Assembly: GCF_001447785.1 (NCBI RefSeq)
Contig: NW_015163605.1
Location: 212,787-276,786, forward strand
Length of the DNA: 64,000 nucleotides
Direction: 5' to 3'
Origin: Gekko japonicus
Lineage: Eukaryota
Shown: positions 52,101 through 61,030 of the stretch, one piece after another
Position numbering within the stretch: the stretch's first letter is position 1
Layout of the letters: the number at the start of each line of letters is the position of its first letter
Position numbers and translations under genes: made by a program
The notes under the pieces: generated by a model
What the model was told of the DNA's origin: nothing
The model's input: only the letters and a program-made list of their open reading frames with translations
Database searches by the model: none

Positions 52101-55100
52101 NNNNNNNNNNNNNNNNNNNNNNNNNNNNNNNNNNNNNNNNNNNNNNNNNNNNNNNNNNNNNNNNNNNNNNNNNNNNNNNNNNNNNNNNNNNNNNNNNNNN
52201 NNNNNNNNNNNNNNNNNNNNNNNNNNNNNNNNNNNNNNNNNNNNNNNNNNNNNNNNNNNNNNNNNNNNNNNNNNNNNNNNNNNNNNNNNNNNNNNNNNNN
52301 NNNNNNNNNNNNNNNNNNNNNNNNNNNNNNNNNNNNCCCAAACCATGCCAACCTGCCAGTCTGACTGCAGCCTATGTGACTTTCTCATTTAGACAAGATA
52401 TATAATGGAAGGAAAGGTTTATTTTTCAGATAGCACAGGGACAAAATATTTCCTTTTTCCTGTTCAAACTCAACAAATATGACAGTTACTCCACATGGGA
52501 ATTTCTGGAACACCATAAGATAAATTCCAAAAATCTATTTATAATTGAGAGTCAATAACCAAGAACTAAATTTGCCGCCAATAATAGCTGAAAAAAAATG
52601 TACTTTGACAAAATCCTGAGGGTTGCCACAATGAACAGAATAAAATGAGCATGTGTGCAAATAGGGCCAACAGCAGCAAGGAAGACGTCAACAGAAGAAA
52701 GAAATAAACAGTGCAGAGAAGAGCCGGGCAAATGTATTGCCTACATGTCAAAATTTGCAGAGAATTGAAAGAGCTTTTTGATATGAAATTGAAAATAAAA
52801 TATAACAAGCAATTTCAACCAAGTCCTAACTTTAGTGAATATGTAACAGGCAGAAACAGAGACAAACACACACAAAAATAACCACTGGAGATTTTGAAAA
52901 AAAAAAATCAAATGTACATTTGTGTACAAGTTGCTGGACACAAAAATGGCTAATGCCAGTTTAAATTGGTACAGTTGCATTGAGTGAGAATAGTTTTAAA
53001 AAACTGGAAAAACTCCCAAAACTCCAGGCTCAAGAATTCACAGGACATAACTTGACAAGCTCAGCTTGCCCTAACAGATAAAATGTGGAAGAGAGTTTAT
53101 GGAAATCAATTTGTGCAAACCATTATCATTAAAAAGTTGTACCATATGGTAGATAATCAAATACCATATTAAAATAATCTAAAAAAAACAGCCATAGCAG
53201 CTTCATGTATATGTTATTACTTACAAAAGGAACCTCAAGGCCCAATGCAAAGACAGAGAGAAAAGGATAATCTATGCAAAGTTTCATGGTAATGTTTGAG
53301 CGGATTTGCAGAAGTCTGAGTGTGAAATGTGAGCCACAGTTGAGAGATCACAGCTCAGCAAAAGCCATACACTGTGCTTATTGGAAGCTTCATCCCTGTC
53401 ATCACCAAGTAAAGAATTTCTGTTTGGCATTTTGGAGAGCTGATGCCCATAGAACAATTGGCTATTGGGATGCACAACAATTAGATGTGAATACTTAGTT
53501 GAGACCCCAGTAGCCTACTATCCTATTTCTATGATTTCCACAAAAGTGCTTACCATTCTCAATCATTTGAAGCAAGTGATTGTTTCCCCACGGGATTCTG
53601 CGTGCCCAGGATTTGATCCACATGTTCCTACTTCTGTGTGACAGAGTGTTGGACTGGATGGCCTGATCCAACATTGGCTTCTCTCGCGTTCTAATGAACC
53701 ATGGTTAATGATACAAAATAGTTGCTTTTCAAATGTGGATTGTTCTATCTGAGCAGTTTTATCTACTTTGGCTTGCATCAGCTCCTTGGATATTTTCATC
53801 TGAGGCTTCAGATCTGTTCTCAAGATGAAAGCCAATATATACTTATTCTTCCTAAATTCACTGCAGTCTTTTTTAATGAGATGCAGAGTGAATAATGGAT
53901 AGTTAAGCATTATGAGAATTGGGAAATCCAAAAATTAAAATATATTTCCTTAATAATTACACTGTGTACTTTTTAAAAACTCTTCCCAGTAATTCCCCTG
54001 CTTAACTATAATGCTAAAATTGTAATATTCCTCTTACGCACAGTGAATATAGGCCCATTATGCATGGGTGTTTTGCCTCGCTTTCACCATGCACGTCCAT
54101 CGGGGTTTTCTTTTTCATTCTGCATTTCATTTCCTCCAGAGCTCAGTTTACTTTCTGTTTGCTGTTTCCCTGGGTTCTGTGAGAGTGCTTTTGTGGTGGT
54201 TTTTCCCTTGCTTTGCTTCAAGGCTGAAGGTACATCAAGAGGATACAGTTTCCCTTGGATTTCCCCCTCCACCCTGTCCCTGCTCCTTGTAGGCCACTCC
54301 TCCGATGACATTTAATTTTTTTTCAAGCAGCATGAGTCTAGTGATAGGAGACCATTGCTAGTCTCATGCCACTTCTTAAAAAAATGACTCCCCATTGGGT
54401 TGAAACTGGGTGGCAGGAGAAGGCAGCACCAAGCTGCACCTGTTTGGAGCTACTGGCTCCCTGCACACACAACGAGCCCAGCTGGGCTGTCCTCTCCTGC
54501 CCCCCAGTTTCAACCAGGCAGCAGGAGGAGGCTCCCGGCAGGCACAGCGAACTTGGCTGGGCTGCCTTCTTGGCCCAGTTCAAACCGGGCGGTATGAGAA
54601 GGCAGCGCAGAGCCTGGTGTATTTATTCTGGGCTGCAGAATAAATACACCAGAGAAAAAGAGTGGTGCTTACTGCAGGCACAGAATCCGATCAAGCTTAA
54701 AGGTTTGACTGCTCAGATTCTCTGTAGTAAGCTGTGTGTGCATAACAGGCCATATACAGTGAGGACTATACATAATATGTTGTGGGAAGCTGAAGGACCT
54801 CAGCTAGGGAGATTTGGAAGATGATGCATCGTGCACTGCTGGGCATGTGATTAGCTGATCGTTTCTTCCCAAATTTGACACACTGCATTCTTTCATAGAC
54901 AGAAAGAACACACTATTGTTTAAATCATAATATCATTGTAAATGCTTAATTGCAGCCAGCATTGACACTATGCAATGAAAACATACTTGTGTTGAAGAGG
55001 CTGGGAGCCGCCCTGATTTGAAGCCCTATTTCCAGGTGGGACCTTCTCGAGGACCAAGACATCTTGGTCATGTTCCTTCAGTCTTACTGTGTTGGCCTCG

Positions 55101-58100
55101 ACATCCTGAAAGAGAATTTTAATAAACATTCTCTAAATATAACATTTAAAAAAGAAGAAAGAATTACTTTCATGAAGTCTTAAATAAATACTGAAAGGCA
55201 ATGATTTAAAGGTTCAACCTAGCCAGGGGAAAAACAGAATACGGGATCCAATATAATGGAAGGTTGTACTTTAATTTCAGTGAAATCACAAGGGACAAAT
55301 TAATTCCAAGTCCCATAAATTTCTTTAGGAATTTCTTTCGGTCACAGCCACAGGCTGTAATTCTGTGTTCAGATAGGATGCTTTATCCCTGACTCTCAAA
55401 GAGACGTAAGGAGGCCAACCAGACATTGCTGCTTCATTTTTCTACTGATGCATCTTCCTGCATCAAACCTTCAACTTGTAAGTACACTATGATTCCTGGC
55501 AAGAGGTACTTGATAAATGCTGAATTGGTGCTTGATAAACGCTGAATTGGCACCACAGCAGCAGTAACATCAGCAGACTGTAGGCATGGTGCTGGAGCCA
55601 GCATTTCCACAGGTGCAAGGACACATTTGAAGGGCTATTTTGGGAAGCTATGCAAGGGTGTGTCTGTAAAAGTCATGTTCTTTGGGGAAACGTTTTTCTG
55701 CCCAAAGAGTACTACATGGTCTTATTTCAGCCCACTGACCTCCATAAAATGCTGTTTCTGGGGGACCCAAAAGAATGACATGACAGGGGTCTGCAACAGG
55801 ATAAGCGAATCCGTGGAAATTGCGATTTAGTCTGGATCCAACCTTATGTTTTTGTATAGGCACATTCAGTGGTTGTCCCAGAGAGTTGGCATCAATTCAC
55901 CATCTTGTTTACATCGGCAGTGAAGTAGTTTCTGCTTGTCACAACTTCTACTTATCCACATAATAGTGAAGGAAACTCAGATATACAGAGAACTGAGAAC
56001 TGAGAGGTAAACAACTGTTTGCAAGTACTTGAGGGTAAGCTATTAAGAAGGGCAAATGAATTAGTGTCTTCTTTAGTCAACACTTACCCTGAGTATTCTG
56101 TTAAAATCTTCCTTGTCTACCCTCAAGAAATGGCAGTTATCTTCTCGAAGAACAATGGAAGCTGCTCTTGGAGCATCATTTACTAATGCTAACTTGCCAA
56201 AATCATCGCCTTCGTGTAGGGTACATAACACACCCTAAAAACAACAAAACATTTATACAGAGAAGCCATAATTTAGAGTTTGTTCCATTGACACTCCATG
56301 CACAAACACTGGCTTTCCAAGCCAAGTAACCACAACAAATGCATCTGGCGGGAATTCAACAGCCAAAATAATGACTAGATAACAATACACGGCAGCTGGT
56401 TATTACTAATACTAAAGAAAAGCAAGGGCATGAAAAGAATGGGGTTTATTGTTTGAAATTTTATTCAGAGAGAGACAGACTTCTGGCTCCACTGTTGATG
56501 CCAAGTTACTATTTTGTTGGGGGGGGGTTAAGTCAATTTTTTTTAATCAGGTTTCTTTAACAACAGACTGTCAGCCTCTGATATATAGATCATACTGATG
56601 AGCCAAATGTTATTACTTACAATGTGGCTTTCGGTGATAGAGAGGTTTATGAGCTCTAGCTTTTTCTCAACATCAAATGTGAATATTTTATTTAGAACTC
56701 TTCCATCTTATCACTTTAAATATGAAAATAGAGTGGCTTCCAATTTGCAGGCAACATAACCTACAGTAAACACTTACAAATCTATCTCTTTATACAATTT
56801 ATTTATATATTATTTTAAAAGGTAACATGGGTTGTTGATAGATCCAGAGGAGTTAGCCAGGTTGTTGACTTTGTTGTTTTGAACTGTACTGGGATGGTCA
56901 TAAAACATTGCAATTTACAATCCAGAGAAAGTTATTCATGCTTAAATCCTGTTAAAATTAATGAGATAAATTTAGGGTGGATTGTGCGAGCAGGGTCTGT
57001 TCTTAGAGGTATTTACATGTAGGCGTTCCAATTAAAATTAAAGTTTCTGCCCTTGATGATCCATTTTCACATGCTGCCTCGTGTGTATTTACGTGCAAGG
57101 TATATGTATGAATGTGCCTCAATTTTTGACAAGACTTAGGAACTGCTAACTTTCTCTCAATTGAGGTATTCAAAAAAACATGTCCAGAGCTGAAAATAGC
57201 AGATCCAGACACAACAAATATATCTTTTCTCATGAGGGGCAGCAACTAACAGTGTAAACTTATGCAGACTTACACCCTTTCTAAATCCATTGAAGTAAAT
57301 GGACTTAAAAAGGGCATAACTCTGTTTAGGATTGCAATTAACCCAGTTGTTTGTATCCCACTAAAACCCCACTTAAGAATCTACAGCAGGAGAAGGGTGT
57401 GTTCCATTAAGAAGGAAATTCTCTAGTAGTTTTGTCTGGGAAGTTCTCTAGAAAATATTGGTTGTAAAACCATAGCGATTCTTGAAAAAGAGGACACTAA
57501 AACAGGAGGATATCTGTGGCTACCTGTTGGGTTGCTGGATTCTTTATGAATGGATTTTAATTGTCATACTGCTGAGACACATTGAAGTATTATATCTCAG
57601 AATTTATTGTTAGTGAGAATTTATTCTCAAGAAGATTGTGTACAATTCAATAGAGAGTAACTACAGAATAATGGATTGTAAAGATACCCCTGTGTTACAA
57701 TTATTGTGAGAATTTCTGTTAGAAGATGAGTTATATAGTTGCAATATCCTCAAATATATGATGAAAACCTGGAAATTAGAATTGTTAACTTCATGTAATG
57801 TATGCATTGGACACATGTATATTTATGGTAGAATACAACATGGTTTTATTCATCATGGTGAGTTTTGTTCTTTTGCAGTTGTACTAGCAGTGGTTCATAG
57901 AGTAATACCATGAATGTTGTGTGTCTCCCTCCCTCCTATCTTTTGGTGTAAGGGATAATTTTAAAACTGTCTCCACAGTGATGCAACCATCACTGATAAA
58001 AGCCTATGAACACTTTGCAACTTCATCATAAAGCCACTGGATATTCTAGGCTGAACCCTAAACTAAGCTTGCATCCAGTATAACAAGTATCTAGTATAAC

Positions 58101-59092
58101 AAGCATGATGGTATTTCTAGGTTTAATGTATGAGGACTACAATACCTTAAAGAGTGAATAAAGCTTAGAATGATGGCTTGCCTATCAAGTCACCTATCAA
58201 GATATCAGTCTCAGCTGTAATAAAATTAGTGCCAAATGCTGAGTAGTGGGGAGAAGGGATCAGATCTCCAAAGGAGGGTGGTTTAACTAACAAATCTTCC
58301 ACTTCAAATCTGTTGTGTATGAATTACTGCTGAATTAAAATGATCAGTGTTTGGGTACAGGAATTGTCAAGCTGACTCACTAAGAAAGCTTAAAGTATGC
58401 TGCTTATGAAAAAAAAAATCCCTTATTATGTGGGGGCGGTGGGACCAAAGAGACAATCATGACTGTATCTTGAATCAAAACTCCATCACCTGAAATGAAA
58501 AGTACACTATTAAACTGAAATGATGTTTGACTTAATTGAAATTAACATATAACATTCTTATTTCAAATATGCTCTCGTTATAATTAAAAGATTATTCCTG
58601 TGCCAGTTCTTAAACTTTTAAAATAACACATGAAAAAACTTAAAAGATAATACCTTGCCATAAATCACAACATTTACCGATCCCTTCAGAATAATGTACC
58701 AAGAAGTTCCTTCTTCTCCTTGATTAAATACTAAAAGAGAGGGAGAAAAGTTTTTTTTGTGGTCCAGTCTCTCTTACAAGGCATAATTTGAAAATAAATT
58801 GATTTTCATAGCCTATCATATAAACGTCGCAATAACAGTTCTTGCTGGTTTTTCAATAAAAGGTTTAAGGGGGAAACAGACATTTTATTCTGAAATTTTA
58901 TAGCATATCTTTTTCAAAATTTATGGTTACAGAAACCGTGTCACTTCTAGGGCGGTAATCCTAAGCATAGCTATTAGGATGTAAGTGCCATCGGGACATC
59001 CAAATAAATATGGCTCGAATAAACTTCAGCTTATGAACCTGAAACTCCAGTTCTGTTACCTGAGGTCCAATGGTTGTTACCTACTCATTTCC

Positions 59093-59140
<48 letters not shown>

Positions 59141-61030
59141 ACAAGCCATAACCCCCAATTTCTATGTAACACAGAACAGCCCAGCTGTATTATGCTTGGC
59201 CTGGGGACTAGCCCATGCCAGGCAGGGAAGACGACCCCAACACGCCATACTGGGAGGAATCAGGACACAACTTTATTGATTAACGGTTCCTCCAGTTTTA
59301 AAGCATAGGGTGGGAGTGTGGGTCTTCACTGAGAGAGTTCCAGAATGGAACATAACCCTCAGCCAGCTCCTTTACAACACAAGCTGCTGACCAAAGGGAA
59401 CCCTGGGGGTCCAGCTCCCCCTCCTCACCCCTGCACTGGGCCAGCTCCTTGAAGGCAGGTTACAGGAAGCCATTTGATAGCTACCTGGCTTACAGTGAAG
59501 CCAGATCCCCGCCCCCAGTCATCCTTGCTTCCCCCACACACACCTAGGCACAAATGGTCCCCTTGGTCAAATGGCTGGGAGCCCGTCTTCCTGTGTTTTC
59601 TGGAACTAGGTTCTGAATTTTCAGTTCTAACAATAACAACAACAAACCATTTGGCCAACATTACACACAACTGTGAAACTCATAAAATTCATTTCACTTA
59701 CAGACAGTTCCTGCTTTAGGATGTGATTCAAATACTAGAACACCTGAGAGTTCGCGTTTCACCTTAAAGCAAGATAAAAAAAAGTGTTTTTAAAACTTTG
59801 ACTTGTATTATTCCAGCTTTGACGTCTGAGTAAAAGAGCAAGGCAGCATCAGAAATACAATTCCGATGAAGAGAAGCAAATTTAGGTCAGAGACATTCAA
59901 ATTCCTGCTTGCCCTAAAACCAGCCATGAAGGAAGGGCCACAGCTCAGTAGTAGAGCACATTGTTGTGCCCGCAAAAGATTCCAAGGATCAGTTCCTGGC
60001 ATCTTCAGTTCAAGAGCATCAGGGAACACGTGTTGAGAAAGACCACAGAGAGCTGCTGCCAGTCAATGTAGACAGTTCTGAGCTAGATGGTCTGATCTGG
60101 TCTAAGTCAGCGTCATATGTTCCANNNNNNNNNNNNNNNNNNNNNNNNNNNNNNNNNNNNNNNNNNNNNNNNNNNNNNNNNNNNNNNNNNNNNNNNNNNN
60201 NNNNNNNNNNNNNNNNNNNNNNNNNNNNNNNNNNNNNNNNNNNNNNNNNNNNNNNNNNNNNNNNNNNNNNNNATACTGCCCTCCCCATGAAGCACGTTTA
60301 GAGCGGTGCACAACAAAAGGATTAAAACAATTCCTCAATTCGTACATACAAATAAATAGTATGGTTTTAAAAACAAACATATAGAGTATAGACCTATATG
60401 GCATCATATTATGAATTTGCATCCCCTTGGTGGGGGAGAAAGGTGAGAGTTAGTCAGTTGGCCAATTTCTTGTTAAAATCCCATTGCTGTCCTCAACTAT
60501 ATGATTGGCGGAACATCTCTGCCTTACAGGCCCTGCAGAACAGGTCCCGCAGGACCCTGATGTTATTCGGCAGAGTTCCACCAAGTTGTGGATTGAAGGA
60601 GAAGACAGAAGAAATTGATGATTTCAGCTAAAAGACTGCTCCAGCAGTATCAGGATCCCCTGACTGAACAGGTACTTCGAATAGATTGAATTATATTGAG
60701 GACACCATGTGTCCACTCAGTCTTTTATCAATGGGACAAAGGCAGAGGACCACTGACCACCAGCTGTGGGTAAAGTGTTTCATGCTATTAGCAGAAGGTG
60801 CTGTTGACTGAAGGCTGTGGGTGGGCGGGGCCAGCACAGTGCCCATCCAAATCACACACCCCCTTGGCGTCCACATGGAAGTAAACACAAATCAGTCCCA
60901 ACTCTCTTAATTTACCACAAACAGTAGTGAATGTAAGAGACTTACCGTGGTAGAAAGATGAGATAAAGCCTTAATGTGAAGAAGTTCTTCATATATAATT
61001 TCTAGGTCATCAACAGTTCTCTGGCCTGGC
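1007..61030 (-). CDS. RAPGEF4: RAPGEF4/Epac2 (Rap guanine nucleotide exchange factor 4), 5'-partial; 21 coding exons in the window (about exons 11-31)
   Basis: The spliced exons translate from [28 protein letters not shown] through [18 protein letters not shown] and VLVLE to [17 protein letters not shown] (Lys) in the phosphate-binding cassette is Epac2-type, whereas Epac1 has FGQLAL. All exon phases join in frame (2029 nt). Confidence 0.98.
1691..1745 (-). CDS. RAPGEF4: RAPGEF4 exon (~30), 55 nt: [18 protein letters not shown]
   Basis: TAG and GTAAGT boundaries. Confidence 0.95.
1788..1905 (+). mobile_element. Degenerate 5S rRNA-derived SINE fragment
   Basis: Similar to the better-preserved copies at 7870, 14145, 25225 and 36020. 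Confidence 0.55.
3500..3685 (-). mobile_element. tRNA-headed SINE with CR1-like tail (older family; related copies near 14415-14580 +, 46540-46715 -, 59930-60124 +)
   Basis: Head with A and B boxes (GTGGCTCAGTGG, GGTTCAATCCC) on the minus strand. Confidence 0.65.
3945..4235 (+). mobile_element. tRNA-derived CORE-type SINE (Squam3-like), full length
   Basis: TGGTGTGGTGGTTAAG...GGTTTGATTCCC A/B boxes and (CTT)n tail; several near-identical copies in the window. Confidence 0.85.
4545..4665 (-). mobile_element. Penelope-like terminal fragment with a degenerate hammerhead motif
   Basis: Minus strand GTAC-CTGACGA-...-AAAT-GCTT-ATAC; flanks resemble those of 8172-8406 and 32095-32510. Confidence 0.55.
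5767..5831 (-). CDS. RAPGEF4: RAPGEF4 exon (~29), 65 nt: (D)[21 protein letters not shown]
   Basis: CAG and GTACGT boundaries; RasGEF HEGN...VNFEK motif. Confidence 0.97.
6092..6180. repeat. Roughly 90-bp palindromic (hairpin) MITE-like repeat
   Basis: cagtgtaatcctaaacagagtta...taactctgcttaggattgcagtg; many relatives across the window. Confidence 0.7.
6252..6339 (-). CDS. RAPGEF4: RAPGEF4 exon (~28), 88 nt: [29 protein letters not shown]
   Basis: TAG and GTAATG boundaries; PxIPFMP motif. Confidence 0.97.
6958..7008 (-). CDS. RAPGEF4: RAPGEF4 exon (~27), 51 nt: [17 protein letters not shown]
   Basis: CAG and GTAAAT boundaries. Confidence 0.96.
7870..8086 (-). mobile_element. 5S rRNA-derived SINE (SINE3 / 5S-Sauria-like)
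   Basis: Minus strand GAAGCTAAGCAGGG...TTAGTACTTGGATGGGAGACC is the 5S internal control region. Confidence 0.8.
8172..8406. mobile_element. Penelope-like fold-back element with two inverted degenerate hammerhead motifs
   Basis: Arms 8172-8226 and 8278-8332 are inverted; each has the GTAT-TTGAAAA-stem-GA(A/C)A-GCTC-(A/G)TAC layout. Confidence 0.65.
8780..8870 (-). CDS. RAPGEF4: RAPGEF4 exon (~26), 91 nt: [30 protein letters not shown]
   Basis: CAG and GTAAGT boundaries; RasGEF NLNS...RL..TW motif. Confidence 0.98.
9336..10018. mobile_element. Inverted-repeat insertion (arms about 9335-9566 and 9750-9987) with 16-bp TSD; probably Penelope-like
   Basis: Reverse-complement arms of about 230 bp; direct repeat tttgtaagtagggatg at 9320-9335 and 10019-10034. 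Confidence 0.8.
10027..11205. mobile_element. Non-autonomous hAT-type DNA transposon, 1.18 kb, with an internal minisatellite
   Basis: TIRs tagggatgggcatgaac / gttcatgcccatcccta; 8-bp TSD tttgtaag (10019-10026, 11206-11213); internal gcactgggttctgctgggc repeats at about 10370-10870. Confidence 0.85.
12789..12997. repeat. Tandem duplication, period about 107 bp
   Basis: agctgagaacactcagcaacccatatagtt... at 12789 and 12896. Confidence 0.9.
13434..13612 (-). CDS. RAPGEF4: RAPGEF4 exon (~25), 179 nt: [59 protein letters not shown](H)
   Basis: CAG and GTGAGT boundaries; RasGEF core. Confidence 0.98.
13929..14136 (+). mobile_element. hAT-type MITE, about 208 bp (family A)
   Basis: TIRs caatgttccctctaagctg / cagcttagagggaacactg; TSD cctgggag (13921-13928, 14137-14144). 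Confidence 0.9.
14145..14333 (-). mobile_element. 5S rRNA-derived SINE
   Basis: Minus strand GCCCGATCTCATCAGATCTCGAAAGCTAAGCAGGG resembles 5S rRNA. Confidence 0.8.
14911..15187 (-). mobile_element. Squam3-like tRNA SINE
   Basis: Reverse complement of 3945-4235. Confidence 0.85.
15942..16067 (-). CDS. RAPGEF4: RAPGEF4 exon (~24), 126 nt: [42 protein letters not shown]
   Basis: CAG and GTAATG boundaries; start of CDC25 domain. Confidence 0.97.
16141..16420. repeat. Tandem duplication, period about 142 bp
   Basis: tttcaaatgtagaggagaaacataagggc... at 16141 and 16283. Confidence 0.9.
16486..16732. mobile_element. hAT-type MITE (tagggttgcca TIR family)
   Basis: TIRs tagggttgcca / tggcatcccta; TSD not clear. 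Confidence 0.65.
18731..19080 (-). mobile_element. Sauria SINE
   Basis: (ACCTTT)n tail and the characteristic gtggtcatgtggccggcatgact body; tRNA-like head near 19000-19080. Confidence 0.85.
19375..19590 (+). mobile_element. CR1 LINE 3' fragment
   Basis: [27 protein letters not shown]...FKQRLDKHL followed by an (attctatg) tail. Confidence 0.9.
19631..19912 (-). mobile_element. Squam3-like tRNA SINE
   Basis: Reverse complement of 3945-4235. Confidence 0.85.
21137..21270 (+). mobile_element. Squam3-like SINE, 5' part only
   Basis: Same tRNA-like head as the full-length copies. Confidence 0.7.
22269..22366 (-). CDS. RAPGEF4: RAPGEF4 exon (~23), 98 nt: (E)[32 protein letters not shown]
   Basis: CAG and GTATGT boundaries; visible in ORF 22200..22436. 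Confidence 0.97.
22860..23145 (+). mobile_element. Degraded CR1 fragments
   Basis: gaagagttacagaaggat...tggcaaat (RT-like) joined to a CR1 3' UTR tgctggactagatg...tgatccagcagg. Confidence 0.55.
23685..24506. mobile_element. GC-rich composite hAT-type non-autonomous element with an internal 110-bp tandem duplication (about 24059-24255)
   Basis: Ends gttgcca...tggcacccctg; ccactggactgttttggattgc repeated at 24059 and 24169. Confidence 0.55.
25225..25434 (-). mobile_element. 5S rRNA-derived SINE with a (TG)n tail at 25193-25225
   Basis: 5S internal promoter motifs on the minus strand. Confidence 0.8.
25580..25830 (+). mobile_element. CR1 3' end
   Basis: Ends in (ttcttatg)n; similar to the reverse complement of 44281-44550. 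Confidence 0.8.
27563..27709 (-). CDS. RAPGEF4: RAPGEF4 exon (~22), 147 nt: (I)[48 protein letters not shown]; RA domain
   Basis: AAG acceptor, GTAAGG donor; Ras-association domain. Confidence 0.97.
27808..28165. mobile_element. hAT-type MITE with octamer-motif repeats
   Basis: TIRs cagggct / agccctg; 8-bp TSD tctacgat (27800-27807, 28166-28173). Confidence 0.85.
29100..29630 (+). mobile_element. RTE/BovB-like LINE remnant (endonuclease region joined to the 3' end)
   Basis: [43 protein letters not shown] resembles the BovB endonuclease C-terminal [14 protein letters not shown] motif; 3' tail ...aagcgacttgatggcactaagcacacac. Confidence 0.8.
30304..30382 (-). CDS. RAPGEF4: RAPGEF4 exon (~21), 79 nt: [26 protein letters not shown]
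   Basis: CAG and GTAAGT boundaries. Confidence 0.96.
30434..30535. repeat. Tandem duplication of about 50 bp, just upstream of exon ~21
   Basis: tgtacgtaatagtaatatccacagactaa...catacagtaaaat twice. Confidence 0.85.
31052..31082 (-). CDS. RAPGEF4: RAPGEF4 small exon (~20), 31 nt: [10 protein letters not shown]
   Basis: TAG and GTAAAT boundaries; needed to keep frame; matches Epac2 SEDAKAPQKK. Confidence 0.94.
32095..32510. mobile_element. Penelope-like fold-back element (palindrome 32353-32510) interrupted by a MITE
   Basis: Back-to-back hammerhead-like motifs centred near 32431; homologous to 8172-8406. Confidence 0.7.
32128..32329 (-). mobile_element. hAT-type MITE family A, reverse orientation
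   Basis: TSD gtctgaag (32120-32127, 32330-32337); same TIRs as 13929-14136. Confidence 0.9.
32625..32713 (-). CDS. RAPGEF4: RAPGEF4 exon (~19), 89 nt: [29 protein letters not shown](L)
   Basis: CAG and GTAAGT boundaries. Confidence 0.96.
33780..33930 (-). CDS. RAPGEF4: RAPGEF4 exon (~18), 151 nt: [50 protein letters not shown]
   Basis: AC acceptor (U12) and GAG|GTAGGG donor. Confidence 0.97.
35445..35858 (-). mobile_element. CR1 LINE 3' fragment
   Basis: [21 protein letters not shown]...[13 protein letters not shown]. Confidence 0.92.
36020..36235 (-). mobile_element. 5S rRNA-derived SINE
   Basis: As for 7870-8086. Confidence 0.8.
36673..37169 (-). mobile_element. Squam3-like SINE interrupted by a MITE
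   Basis: SINE halves are continuous across the 36789-36994 insertion. Confidence 0.85.
36789..36994 (+). mobile_element. hAT-type MITE family A
   Basis: TSD cctgtgag (36781-36788, 36995-37002). Confidence 0.9.
37405..37835 (-). mobile_element. 5'-truncated, rearranged L1-like insertion
   Basis: 17-bp TSD attctgaacaacagcat (37388-37404, 37836-37852); poly(A) and AATAAA on the minus strand; ORF2-like [16 protein letters not shown] on the + strand. Confidence 0.8.
41159..41443 (-). mobile_element. Squam3-like tRNA SINE
   Basis: Reverse complement of 3945-4235. Confidence 0.85.
41580..42145 (-). mobile_element. Old LINE (L2-like) fragment
   Basis: (TTTA/TTTG)n tail followed by ttccaccag...gggccaccacagagaag...gggctttaaaggt...accttgaa, a pattern typical of reptile L2. 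Confidence 0.55.
42965..43043 (-). CDS. RAPGEF4: RAPGEF4 exon (~17), 79 nt: (D)[25 protein letters not shown](H)
   Basis: CAG acceptor; followed by the U12 donor ATATCCTTT. Confidence 0.96.
44281..44943 (-). mobile_element. CR1 LINE 3' fragment
   Basis: [30 protein letters not shown]...; (ACATAAGA)4 tail. Confidence 0.93.
46975..47057 (-). CDS. RAPGEF4: RAPGEF4 exon (~16), 83 nt: [27 protein letters not shown]
   Basis: Start of REM domain; CAG and GTAGGC boundaries. Confidence 0.96.
47788..48187 (-). mobile_element. Degraded CR1 3' fragment
   Basis: [13 protein letters not shown]...[10 protein letters not shown] and an acataaga tail. Confidence 0.8.
48880..49105. mobile_element. GC/CpG-rich hAT-type MITE
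   Basis: TIRs tagggctgccaagt / acttggcaacccta; TSD aacgttag (48872-48879, 49106-49113). Confidence 0.88.
50225..53725. repeat. Near-identical 1.4-kb direct duplication (50225-51624 and 52337-53725) flanking an N-gap
   Basis: Colinear copies with scattered substitutions and small indels; both abut the gap edges exactly. Confidence 0.95.
51625..52336. other. Assembly gap (712 N)
   Basis: Run of N. Confidence 1.
54987..55105 (-). CDS. RAPGEF4: RAPGEF4 exon (~15), 119 nt: [39 protein letters not shown](K)
   Basis: VLVLE lid motif; CAG and GTATGT boundaries. Confidence 0.97.
56088..56234 (-). CDS. RAPGEF4: RAPGEF4 exon (~14), 147 nt: [49 protein letters not shown]
   Basis: cAMP phosphate-binding cassette and hinge; AG and GTAAGT boundaries. 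Confidence 0.98.
58654..58730 (-). CDS. RAPGEF4: RAPGEF4 exon (~13), 77 nt: (L)[25 protein letters not shown]
   Basis: AG/GT boundaries; CNB beta-barrel motif. Confidence 0.97.
59093..59140. repeat. (AAAG)n microsatellite
   Basis: Read directly from the sequence. Confidence 0.95.
59702..59762 (-). CDS. RAPGEF4: RAPGEF4 exon (~12), 61 nt: [20 protein letters not shown]
   Basis: AG and GTAAGT boundaries; start of CNB-B. Confidence 0.96.
60125..60272. other. Assembly gap (148 N)
   Basis: Run of N. Confidence 1.
60946..61030 (-). CDS. RAPGEF4: RAPGEF4 exon (~11), 85 nt: (P)[28 protein letters not shown]
   Basis: Acceptor ttaacAG, donor ACG|GTAAGT; translation matches Epac2. Confidence 0.96.

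Noticed and set aside
51527-52392. Long ORFs of 247-274 aa (and similar ones at 59966-60422)
   Set aside because: They are translations of N runs.
50225-53725. 1.4-kb segmental duplication as a biological event
   Set aside because: Both copies end exactly at the edges of an N-gap and differ only slightly, which is typical of two haplotypes left unmerged by scaffolding. Read depth or long reads would be needed to accept it.
59165-59465. Possible second LTR (TGTAAC start, minus-strand AATAAA)
   Set aside because: No matching TSD or clear right end could be found.
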